From Candidatus Bathyarchaeota archaeon (GTDB lineage: Archaea > Thermoproteota > Bathyarchaeia > 40CM-2-53-6 > DTDX01), in NCBI GenBank assembly GCA_018396815.1, contig JAGTQY010000005.1:7783-71782 (forward strand): a stretch of DNA of 64,000 nt. The letters run 5' to 3'. This document shows, in pieces, positions 26,957-35,627 of this stretch. The first letter of the stretch is position 1; every line of letters starts with the position of its first letter. The notes below the pieces were generated by a model, which made no database searches, was not told the DNA's origin, and saw nothing but the letters and a program-made list of their open reading frames with translations. Made by a program: the position numbers and the translations under genes.

Positions 26957-27385
26957 TTAAGGCATTTTTGGTAGCCTTATTACATCTTTAAATTGCTCAA
27001 AGTGTTTATCAAAGGAATATATTTCTTTTATGCCGTAAGATTTCATGATTAAATATGCTAATGCATCGTTAGCGCTAATGCTTTTATCTTTTGCTAGCAG
27101 CATGGCGCTTTCATAATCCTCTATGGATATTGAGTAAACTTTAATATTTTTGCTTGTGATAATCCACCCTAAAAAACCTAAGGATTTTTGAAGACTTAAC
27201 CCTGCTTCGATTATATTAACTATTTCTGATAAGTGAGCTATTGTTGTAGCAACTTCTTCTTCTCCTTCTTCTACTCTTTTTATTATAAGCTTAGCTTCAT
27301 CTTTAACCTTTTGCTCATTTTCCCTTAATTCCCTGCGGGGAATAAGAAAAGCATGAAGAAAAATGTTTGAATCAATGAATCTCAA
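26957..27385 (-). CDS. vapC: PIN-domain toxin VapC
   Basis: N-terminal FIDSNIF and C-terminal SANDALAY...IYSFDKHF acidic motifs. Overlaps the upstream antitoxin by 4 nt. Confidence 0.8.
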   Translation of the reverse strand: MRFIDSNIFLHAFLIPRRELRENEQKVKDEAKLIIKRVEEGEEEVATTIAHLSEIVNIIEAGLSLQKSLGFLGWIITSKNIKVYSISIEDYESAMLLAKDKSISANDALAYLIMKSYGIKEIYSFDKHFEQFKDVIRLPKMP

Positions 27386-27624
27386 CTTTCTTTTAGCTCC
27401 AGCAAAGCTCTTTTAATTGAATGCGAATCTAAGAAATCTGCATTTTCAGATATCTTAATTGAATCAAAAAGGCTTGATGGAGGGGTTATCTCTATTGGCA
27501 TTATTTCAATTTTATCTTTATGCTTTATTAAAACTACTTTGTTTGATTTCCATTCGCTACGCCATTGAATTGGAATTGATATACGACCTTGATTATCTAT
27601 TTTCTTCAAGATTACCTCTTCCAT
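27382..27624 (-). CDS. vapB: AbrB/SpoVT-type antitoxin VapB
   Basis: KIDNQGRISIPIQWR swapped-hairpin motif. Confidence 0.8.
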   Translation of the reverse strand: MEEVILKKIDNQGRISIPIQWRSEWKSNKVVLIKHKDKIEIMPIEITPPSSLFDSIKISENADFLDSHSIKRALLELKES

Positions 27625-27852
27625 TTTAACTCACTTCACCAAAAATATATTTTATGGTGAATATATAAGCTTTTCCAATATGCTTAAATCATCCATATGC
27701 CAATTTTATAATCAGCAGCAATTCTTTACTATTTAACTTGTCGGTAAGCATCCATGCATTTCTCTGCTTATATTTATTTTTGTATAACAATTGCTAGCAG
27801 ACTAAAGAATTTGTTAGCGGATTCCCAGCTGTAAATTGAGGTAAAAATAATA

Positions 27853-27957
27853 CCATTTATAATTTATTTCTTGTTATGTGGTGAGTAGCATCTCCTTTGA
27901 GGAGACTGAAGTTCTTTAAAAGCGAGCTGAAGGAATGCTGAGCATCTCCTTAAAAGC
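27853..27957 (+). pseudogene. third, short fragment of the HEPN cassette 5' end
   Basis: Aligns with 59103-59230 and ends at the same ...gagcatctccttaaaagc breakpoint as the 26.1-kb copy. Confidence 0.5.
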
Positions 27958-28057
27958 TATAAATGATATTATATACCAATAAACGTAATATGGGTTAATG
28001 GTGCTGCATTAAGATTTTGCTTTAAATACGCTATGAAACTAAACCCTTAAGGTTGCA

Positions 28058-28264
28058 GTGACGCTGGATATAGAGGGTCAACATGATCTAAAAGATATAT
28101 TAATTGAACCTATTTTAAATGGAAAAGCTGATTTAGCGATTAGATCAAGGTTTCTTAGCTGTGAAGTACCTAAACTAAGAGAGATAGCGATTAAAACTAT
28201 ACGCAAAGCTTCTATTGTAAGAAAGTTGTTAAACCAGCTTTTCGCAGGCTTAAAGGGAAATTAA
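28058..28264 (+). pseudogene. internal fragment of a GT2 glycosyltransferase (paralog of 30562-31467)
   Basis: TLDIEGQHDLKDILIEPILNGKADLAIRSRF parallels TLDADGQHDPNDIPKLIKPILNGEADVVVGSRY of the intact gene. There is no N-terminal NDP-sugar domain. Confidence 0.6.
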
Positions 28265-28316
28265 AGATGCCTCGCTTTTACATATGTCTTTTTAAATCAG
28301 CTTATTTACGCTTATT

Positions 28317-28778
28317 TTACATGAATTGGTAAAACTCGTTAAGCCTAAGAATTCTTAGCTTGAAGCTTTTCATAAACTCTTTTACAGAATCGCGGAGTAA
28401 ATGCTTATCTTCAGATAGCATATCTATCGATCTTATTAAGGATGGAGCTAAATTTACAGCGTCTGCTGCATATAATTTCAGTGAAACTTCTAATTCCTTA
28501 GCTTTATCTAGTAAATTTGAGATTGGCATCGCTTTTATAAAGCCTAGCTCAACCATATCTTTTAAAGTAATGTATGCTTGAGTAATCTTTTTATCTGGAA
28601 AACCAGATTTAACAAGCGCTCTAACAACTTCAAGGTAAATCCATTCAGAAATTACAATAGTGACTGTTCCTTTTAGGATATCGTCTCTAAGCTTTAATGC
28701 TTCTTTCTCGAATTCCTCTCCTTTTTTAAACCATTTCACAATTATTGAAGAATCAACAGCTAACTCTTTGCTCAACAC
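28317..28778 (-). CDS. vapC: PIN-domain toxin VapC
   Basis: AVDSSIIV N-terminal Asp motif and YAADAVNLA third acidic motif. Overlaps its antitoxin. Confidence 0.75.
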   Translation of the reverse strand: MLSKELAVDSSIIVKWFKKGEEFEKEALKLRDDILKGTVTIVISEWIYLEVVRALVKSGFPDKKITQAYITLKDMVELGFIKAMPISNLLDKAKELEVSLKLYAADAVNLAPSLIRSIDMLSEDKHLLRDSVKEFMKSFKLRILRLNEFYQFM

Positions 28779-29017
28779 TGATTTTCCTCTTCATGAGATT
28801 TAATAACCGCTTCTGTAACGCTTGGCAATTTTTCTGTCCCTTCTCTAATTTCATCAATTCGATTTTTAAACTCTTCAACTCTATAAGATTTAATTAAAAG
28901 CTGCAATGCTTTTGTAAAGGCTTCTGTTTTACTATTAAACTTTCCTTGCTTTACAAGCTGCTCTACCTCTTTTATTAAACGATCTTCAAGCTTAAGGTTT
29001 ACTTGTCTTCTATTCAT
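28772..29017 (-). CDS. vapB: ribbon-helix-helix (CopG-like) antitoxin VapB
   Basis: RQVNLKLEDRLIKEVEQLVKQGKFNSKTEAFTKALQLLI is an RHH pattern. Confidence 0.7.
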   Translation of the reverse strand: MNRRQVNLKLEDRLIKEVEQLVKQGKFNSKTEAFTKALQLLIKSYRVEEFKNRIDEIREGTEKLPSVTEAVIKSHEEENQC

Positions 29018-29307
29018 ATAGTCTACCTCAATTATATAGATATAAATGCAAGCTTATAAGCCTTCCTTACGCTTAAAGCAAAAAAGATTGAAATTTTTAA
29101 CCAGCTTTAATGCTTAAGCTAGCTTCTTAAGAGATAAGGCTTGCCGCAAAAGAAGATGTACACAATAATTTTAGGCTTCATAAAGAAAAACTTGAAGCTA
29201 TTGATGAAAGGTTTGAAGTTAATGAATTTACCTGGAGTTTTATCCCACTTAAAAGATAGTAAGATTTAAATCCCACTAAAAATAAAATTATATCAAGTGG
29301 GGGAAAA

Positions 29308-29541
29308 TTGAGCATTCTAGAATTAGATAACAAAGGAAGAGTGACGCTACCAAAGCAAATTCGAGAATCCCTTAATATTGGAAAAAAAATATTAATTATA
29401 AACGCTGGAGACCATCTTAAAATAATTCCGTTACCACTTAACCCGCTTCAAACCCTTCATGGCGCATTCAACATTAAAAAATCATTCAAAGAATTAAGAA
29501 AACAAGCAGAACTTATAGCGGAGAATGAAGTAAAGAAATAG
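29308..29541 (+). CDS. vapB: AbrB/SpoVT-type antitoxin VapB
   Basis: LDNKGRVTLPKQIRESLNI motif, TTG start. Confidence 0.8.
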   Translation: MSILELDNKGRVTLPKQIRESLNIGKKILIINAGDHLKIIPLPLNPLQTLHGAFNIKKSFKELRKQAELIAENEVKK

Positions 29542-29557
29542 AAGAGCTGAGCATGAA

Positions 29558-29962
29558 ATGCCTCTCTTAGAAAATGACGTTATTTTCGCATATTTAAACG
29601 AGTATGACCCTAATCATATTATTGCGGAAAGAATATTCAAAAAGCTCCAAAATGGAGAGATTAACGTAGAAATTTCAAGCGTTAGCTTAATTGAAATGGA
29701 ACTAATTTATCGAAGCGAAAAAATGGAGGATAAGCTTCTAAAAGACTTAGCAGCAATAGCGATACTGCCGCATGTGAAATATGTTCCGTTAACACCAGAT
29801 GTGGCTGTTGCAAGCGTATATTTAAGGCAAACCTTTAACCTAACATTTTTTAACTCCCATTATGCTGCAACAGCGCTAAATCTAGATAGAAAAATAATTT
29901 CATTCGATGAAGCATACGATAAAGTGCCAGGCTTAAAACGCATCAAACCAAACACTATTTAA
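29558..29962 (+). CDS. vapC: PIN-domain toxin VapC
   Basis: LENDVIFAYL, SLIEMELIY and FNSHYAATAL...ISFDEAY motifs. Confidence 0.75.
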   Translation: MPLLENDVIFAYLNEYDPNHIIAERIFKKLQNGEINVEISSVSLIEMELIYRSEKMEDKLLKDLAAIAILPHVKYVPLTPDVAVASVYLRQTFNLTFFNSHYAATALNLDRKIISFDEAYDKVPGLKRIKPNTI

Positions 29963-30050
29963 CCCTTCACAACTTTAACTTTAAATAAAAATGAAGATAG
30001 AAAGATTGTATTAAAACATAAAGTTAGAATAGAATATATGGCGAGTTTAT

Positions 30051-30338
30051 TTGATTAAATATTCCATTCACGCTAGGGATAAGCTTAAGCTTTTAAGCGA
30101 ATTTAGCATTGATGAAAGCATTGTGGAAAAATCTTTAATTGAACCAAATGAAGTTTACTATGACTCGTTGCTAAGTTCACCTATAGCTGTTAAAAAGCTT
30201 AATGAAGATGCTGGAGTTATTATAGCTTTTGTTAAGGAAGATAAAGATATAAAAGTTTTAACTATCTATTATACAACAAAGCTAAATAAGGTTGTTGATG
30301 CTAAAATACGTAGTGGGAGATGGATTAAAGTTGGCTAA
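30051..30338 (+). CDS. DUF4258-like putative toxin
   Basis: IKYSIHARDKL...IDESIVEKSLIEP resembles the DUF4258 N-terminal H-x-x-x-R pattern. Paired with a DUF2283-like gene. Confidence 0.5.
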   Translation: MIKYSIHARDKLKLLSEFSIDESIVEKSLIEPNEVYYDSLLSSPIAVKKLNEDAGVIIAFVKEDKDIKVLTIYYTTKLNKVVDAKIRSGRWIKVG

Positions 30339-30339
30339 A

Positions 30340-30513
30340 GTGAAGTATCATCCTGATATGGATGTTTTAGTGGTTTATTTAGAGGAGACTGCTGAAGATT
30401 ATATTGAAGATCATGGAAATATCACAGTTCTTTATCGTGAAGGCAAGCCTATAGGTTTCGAGGTTTGGCAAGCAAGCAAATTGCTTACCGCAATAAAAAT
30501 CGCTAAGCCTTAA
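30340..30513 (+). CDS. DUF2283-like putative antitoxin
   Basis: KYHPDMDVLVVYLEE...GKPIGFEV is the DUF2283 pattern. The GTG at 30340 follows the upstream stop directly. The track ORF starts at 30292 inside the upstream gene. Confidence 0.55.
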   Translation: MKYHPDMDVLVVYLEETAEDYIEDHGNITVLYREGKPIGFEVWQASKLLTAIKIAKP

Positions 30514-30561
30514 CCACCTTTTATAAACGAAACTATAGATTTAAGCAAGGCGTTAGAAGAA

Positions 30562-31467
30562 GTGAATTCAACTAAACCCTTTATAATTGCTTGCATACCA
30601 GCCTATAATGAAGAAGCTACAATAGCTAAGGTTATTATTCAAGCTCAAAAATATGTTGATAAAGTTATTTTATGCGATGACGGCTCAACTGATTATACAG
30701 GCTTAATAGCTGAAAAGCTTGGGGCTGAAGTTATAAAGCATGAACGTAGGCTTGGGAAAGGTGCAGCGCTTAGAAGCTTGTTTAAGAAAGCTGAAGATTT
30801 AGAAGCAGGCATTGTTGTAACTTTGGATGCGGATGGTCAACATGATCCAAATGATATTCCTAAGCTTATTAAGCCGATTTTAAATGGTGAAGCAGATGTG
30901 GTAGTTGGATCAAGGTACATTGGTGAGGAACCGATTGGTGAAGGCATGCCTAAGCAAAGAAAGCTTGGGCTTAAGACTGTAAATGGCTTTGTTAAGCGAT
31001 TAGGTAAGCTTCCAGTTAGGGATACGCAAAGCGGATTTAGAGCTTACAGCTTTAAGGCTTTAAAGGCTATAATGCCTTCTGAAATGGATATGTCTGTTGA
31101 CTCTGAGATATTAATGAAAGCAGCGGAGAAAGGCTTAAGAATAATTGAGGTTCCAATAAAGGTTTCCTATTTAACGCCTAAGCCTTCAAAGCATACGCCT
31201 TTATATCATGCACTTCAAGTTTTTTTAGGCGCCTTAAAGTTTGCTTCAATTAGGCATCCATTAATATTTTATGGAACACCAGGCTTAATCCTTCTTGCAG
31301 CAAGCGTTTTTTGCGGCTTTATGGCTATTAAGCTTTACTTAGCTAAAGCCTATTTTTCGGTACCCTTCACGCTGTTGGCAGCAATATTTATGCTTTCAGG
31401 TCTTCTCCTTTTGTTCACAGCCATAATATTGTTTACAGTAATTTCTATTCTAAGGGAGCATGTTTAA
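30562..31467 (+). CDS. GT2 glycosyltransferase, dolichyl-phosphate hexose synthase-like, with C-terminal TM helices
   Basis: IPAYNEE, CDDGSTDYT and LDADGQHDP motifs, with two hydrophobic helices at the C-terminus. Confidence 0.85.
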   Translation: MNSTKPFIIACIPAYNEEATIAKVIIQAQKYVDKVILCDDGSTDYTGLIAEKLGAEVIKHERRLGKGAALRSLFKKAEDLEAGIVVTLDADGQHDPNDIPKLIKPILNGEADVVVGSRYIGEEPIGEGMPKQRKLGLKTVNGFVKRLGKLPVRDTQSGFRAYSFKALKAIMPSEMDMSVDSEILMKAAEKGLRIIEVPIKVSYLTPKPSKHTPLYHALQVFLGALKFASIRHPLIFYGTPGLILLAASVFCGFMAIKLYLAKAYFSVPFTLLAAIFMLSGLLLLFTAIILFTVISILREHV

Positions 31468-31493
31468 AGCATATTGCCTTGAATTGAGCAAGC

Positions 31494-32629
31494 TTAACCC
31501 TTAACAATTTGAAGATAGATTTTTTCAACAGCTTCTGCTATACGCCTCCAATCCTGGGCTTCAGCTATCCTTCTACCAGCTTCTCCCATTCTCTTGGCTA
31601 ATTCTTCATTCCTTAAAAGAGTTAATATGGAAGAAGCTAAGGCTTCTTCATTAAAAGGCGGAACCAATAAGCCGTTAACACCATGCTTAATTACGCTTGG
31701 TATACCGCCAACATTTGAGCCTATAGCGGGCTTGCCTGAAGCATTAGCCTCAAGAATTGTTAATCCAAAACCTTCAGAGCGATCCTTGCTTGGCAATATT
31801 AACATATCTGAAGCAGCATAAAATTTTGGCAAAAACTCATCTGGAACATTTCCCGCGAAGATGACTTTATTAACTAAGCCTAAGCTAGCACATTGCTTTT
31901 GGTATTCACCTTTAAGATTTCCTTCACCAACTATTAGGAGGCGAGCGCCTTCATAGTCCTTAATTACAAGCTTGAATGCCTTTAAAAGCACATCTAAGCC
32001 TTTATACTTATGCCATTTTGTTAAAGCGCCAACGAATAAAACTACTTTAAAATTCTTTAAGCAATAGCGAGCTTTAACTTCTTCTCCTTTAACGCTTGGA
32101 TTAAATCTTTCGCAATCGACGCCATTCGGTATAACTACGACTTTATCCTTAAGCTTTTGCAGGATCCTTGAACCTTCAAGATAAAGCTTTGATGTGGTTA
32201 TTATTTTTTTAAACCAACGAAGATATATAGGTGCAAGAAAGCTATCATGAAGAAAGACTAAAATCTTCGAGGCTTTAGTAACAGAAGGTAAATCGTTATG
32301 CCAAGTTATTACTGAAGGAATCTTTTGAAGAAGAGCCTTAAGCCCAGCAAGAGAAGCATTGTATGGGTTTGGAAAGTTTGCGTGGATTACATCAGCTTTT
32401 TCCTTCATTAACTCAAGCGGAAGCCTTAAAGCTAATGGAACTGCATAAAACCAAATAGGAGCCCAAAGCCTATGAACCTTTATTCCTTCAACTGTTTGAA
32501 TACCAGGAGCTTCAGTTGACTAGCACAATAAACATCAACTTCATGCCCGCGCTCAGCTAGATTATAGAAGTATGTTTCGGCGTCACCTCTCTAAGGAGGA
32601 GAAAAAGTATTAATTATGCATATTTTCAA
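31494..32629 (-). pseudogene. GT4 glycosyltransferase disrupted by an in-frame TAG and a frameshift
   Basis: The C-terminal 304 aa are intact (EGFGLTILEANASGKPAIGSNVGGIP). The N-terminus reads LKICIINTFSPP*RGDAETYFYNLAERGHEVDVYC with the stop at 32591-32593, and the frame changes near 32505-32525. Confidence 0.7.
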
Positions 32630-32810
32630 GGTTTTAGCCTCTTGATAATTGCTGTAAAGCAAATGCTTTGCAGTACGCTTAACAGGTTAACATTAAGCTG
32701 TAAATCTTTTTTAAACTCATTGCTCTTAATGTTTTTCAGCTTGGAAAAACGTTTAGCTTAGCCTTAACATTATAATTGAAACTTTAATGTATAAAGTTTA
32801 TAAATAATTT

Positions 32811-33194
32811 ATGCATGAATCTTATTTATTAAGTGAGTGGAGTATGGAGTTTACTTTTGATTTTCTTGTTTCCATCAAGCGTAAAGGCTTAAGGAATGGA
32901 AATTGGATTAAGCTACGCTTGATGGATAAAGCTTTATTCAATTGCGCCTTGGCTTTAGCTAAGCTTAGAGGCAAGATAAGCAACATGGATTTAATGGTTA
33001 AGTTAGCTTCAATAATATTAAGGCTTAAGGAAACTGTTAAAACATCTATTGTTAAGCTTGGCTTAGCCAAGGCTCAAGCCTTAAAAAAGCTTTATTCTTT
33101 TAAAGGAGTTTTTAATTGGTGCCCTAGCCTTAAAGAATGGCTTAAAGAACCAAATTATATTATTTATTTAGGCTTAAAAGAGGTTTTTAAGTGA
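32811..33194 (+). CDS. hypothetical protein (no recognisable family)
   Basis: ORF only. An antisense ORF of similar length also exists, so coding status is uncertain. Confidence 0.3.
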   Translation: MHESYLLSEWSMEFTFDFLVSIKRKGLRNGNWIKLRLMDKALFNCALALAKLRGKISNMDLMVKLASIILRLKETVKTSIVKLGLAKAQALKKLYSFKGVFNWCPSLKEWLKEPNYIIYLGLKEVFK

Positions 33195-33200
33195 AAGAAT

Positions 33201-33461
33201 ATGAGCAAGGATCAATTGATTGGTTGCTTAATTCTAGTTGCCAGCGTTGTTGGAATAGGGATTTATGCTTGGCTTTTATATGCTTATGCTTTAATAGTTC
33301 TTCAAATAACAGCTTTTATAGCTATAGCTGCTATATTAGGTATATTGGCTTGGATAGGTTATACAATGGCTACTACGCCTCCACCAACACCAATAGAGGA
33401 TATAGAAAAGGGTTCAGAGCCTTTAAGCGAGCAATCTAAGGAAGAATCAAAAACAGAATAA
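33201..33461 (+). CDS. small membrane protein, two TM helices plus acidic C-terminal tail
   Basis: LIGCLILVASVVGIGIYAWLLYAYALIVLQITAFIAIAAILGILAWIGY is followed by a PPPTP linker and a tail rich in Glu/Ser/Lys. Preferred over the overlapping low-complexity ORF 33191-33439. Confidence 0.4.
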   Translation: MSKDQLIGCLILVASVVGIGIYAWLLYAYALIVLQITAFIAIAAILGILAWIGYTMATTPPPTPIEDIEKGSEPLSEQSKEESKTE

Positions 33462-33620
33462 CTTTAACAAATAAGTTATTGAAAGAGCTTTAAAGCCCTT
33501 ATTGTAGGCGCAACTAAATTATGGGAGGCCATTTATGCCAGCACTTAACAAAATTTGGCTTTTAAGTTTGGTGTTGAAGGGAGTTGAGAAGCGCTAAAAA
33601 AAGGGGAAGCACCCACTCAG

Positions 33621-33896
33621 ATGCTTAAAGAAGTAGTGAGTAAGTTTGATGAGATCAAGCTTGCATACCTGTTTGGCAGCTATGCTGAGAGTAAGGCTAT
33701 GCCTGTTAGTGACCTCGACATAGCTGTTTTAACTGAGGAAAGCAAAGTAATCCCATATCTTACGGCGGAGCTTTCAAGGGTTTTAGGCATAGCATATAGG
33801 CTTAGGATTAAGCGCTGGTACCAAGCGAATTTAAATAATGAAAAGCCTGAATACAAGCCTATAATAAAAATGGTAGCGGCGAAAGGTGCTTGGTAG
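33621..33896 (+). pseudogene. N-terminal fragment of a minimal nucleotidyltransferase (MNT)
   Basis: YLFGSYAESKAMPVSDLDIAVL is the MNT core. After about 60 aa the sequence loses family resemblance and runs into the flippase start. Confidence 0.5.
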
Positions 33897-35377
33897 ATTT
33901 AGTTAAGAAAGTAGCTATTGGAACTGGTTACATAACCTTAATGAATGCCACGAATTTAGGCGCATCCTTTGCTTTCTACATTCTAATTGCTAGAATTCTA
34001 ACCACGGATGAAATGGGCACCATCTCCCTCCTTTTCTTGGTAATAACAGACTTCACTGCTTTAACCCTATTGGCGTTAAACTCTGCTGCTATAAAATTTG
34101 TTTCAGAAAGCCTTGGAAAAGGCAATATTAACGAGGCTTCAGCTGCTTTTTGGAAAAGCTTCAAGATAGCTTCCATTGTTACTGCGGCTTCGTTTGCGCT
34201 TGCTACTTATATTTTACCCTACATTAGCTCGTTAGTTAAGCTTAATGCCCAGTTAATGCTTATTGCCTTGACGACTGCCCTTATTTTAAACTATACAAGC
34301 CTTCTTGGCGGAGTATTCTATGGGCTTTGGCTTTACGGAACGGTGGCTTTACAGAACGTTATTTATTTTGGCATTGGCCGTTTCTTAGCTCCAATCTTAG
34401 CAAAACTTGGCTTTGGCGTTCGCGGAGTAGCTTTCGGCATTTTAGGAGGGGCCTTAGCTTGCTTGATTTATTCAATCGTTAGCTTCAATGGAAGGCTTAA
34501 GCAGCAGAGCGGCCCTTTTCCAACTAAGCTTATTCTTGGCTATAGCCTGCCGTTGTATGCTATGAATATAATAGCGTTTATTCAAGGATGGCTGGATATT
34601 GCGCTTCTCTACAAAATGACGAATGATCTATCGGCTTTGGGCATTTACTACCTAGCTGTTTCAAGCATTTATGTTTTAACATTAGTGCCTAATTCCTTAG
34701 CCTCTGTTCTATTTCCAACGATGGGCTATAAGCTTGGCGAATCCGGGATTGAAAGCGTAAGGGATATGCTTAAGCCTTTGATTCGCTTATCGCTTTTAAT
34801 AATAGCTCCAATAAGCTTAGCTTTAGCGGCTGTTTCTCCAACAGCCTTAACGGTTGTTTATGGCGCTAAATACGCTAGCGGAGCTATGGCTTTAACGATA
34901 ACCTCGTTGTCAGCAATACCAGCTTCCCTCTATGCTTTGTTTGCTTCAAGCCTTCAAGCTGTAGGCTATACTAAGCCTATAGCTTTAGCAGGGTTAGCTT
35001 CTCTATCTGTTGATGCTGCGACGCTATGGCTTACTGTGCCGGCGCTTTCAGGAACTGGAGCGGCTTTAGCTAGAGCTTTAATGGCTTTTACAGCTTTCGC
35101 TATAGCTTACTTAGCTGTAAAATTGAAGATAGGATTCAGCCTTAAAGGCTGGAAGCGCATAATTTTCTATGCTGGATTAATGGCGGTGCCCCCACTCATT
35201 TTGGAACGTAGCATTGTAATGAATGCTTTAGCGAAAGCCTTCATAGAGCTTGTCTCATTCTTAGCTATAGCTATAATCCTATTTAAAGGCTTAAGATTAT
35301 TAAACGATTCTGAGAAACGTCTCTTAGAAAAAGCGCTTCCAAGCGTACTAAAGCCTTTATTTCGCTTAATTTTCTAG
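33890..35377 (+). CDS. polysaccharide/oligosaccharide flippase (MOP/Wzx family)
   Basis: 495 aa with about 12-14 TM helices and the hydrophobic pattern typical of Wzx-like flippases. Located in a glycosyltransferase cluster. Confidence 0.75.
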   Translation: MVDLVKKVAIGTGYITLMNATNLGASFAFYILIARILTTDEMGTISLLFLVITDFTALTLLALNSAAIKFVSESLGKGNINEASAAFWKSFKIASIVTAASFALATYILPYISSLVKLNAQLMLIALTTALILNYTSLLGGVFYGLWLYGTVALQNVIYFGIGRFLAPILAKLGFGVRGVAFGILGGALACLIYSIVSFNGRLKQQSGPFPTKLILGYSLPLYAMNIIAFIQGWLDIALLYKMTNDLSALGIYYLAVSSIYVLTLVPNSLASVLFPTMGYKLGESGIESVRDMLKPLIRLSLLIIAPISLALAAVSPTALTVVYGAKYASGAMALTITSLSAIPASLYALFASSLQAVGYTKPIALAGLASLSVDAATLWLTVPALSGTGAALARALMAFTAFAIAYLAVKLKIGFSLKGWKRIIFYAGLMAVPPLILERSIVMNALAKAFIELVSFLAIAIILFKGLRLLNDSEKRLLEKALPSVLKPLFRLIF

Positions 35378-35627
35378 CGATTTAAACGGTTTTCAATGAA
35401 ATTTGGAATTTATATTCCATTAATCTCTGAATCCATAGAAGCGTACAAGAATCTTAATGATCCTAAAGTGGTTGCTATTGTTAGCCATGGATTAACTCTA
35501 AAAGAGGGCTTAATGCAGAAACTGATGGCTACATCCTTTCATTTATGATGGTTAGCGAAGCTTTTAAGCATGTATAAAAAGGCTTTAGAGTAGAAGGAGA
35601 CTTCAATATGATGCGACTTCATGAAAG

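Noticed and set aside
32591-32593. In-frame TAG in the GT4 gene as pyrrolysine or other recoding
   Set aside because: The same gene also has a frameshift about 80 nt downstream. No pyl genes or PYLIS-like context are visible. Simple pseudogenisation explains it.
33191-33439. 82-aa ORF overlapping the small membrane protein in another frame
   Set aside because: Cys/Ser/Asn/Tyr-rich low-complexity product. The alternative frame (33201-33461) gives two clean TM helices and a charged tail.
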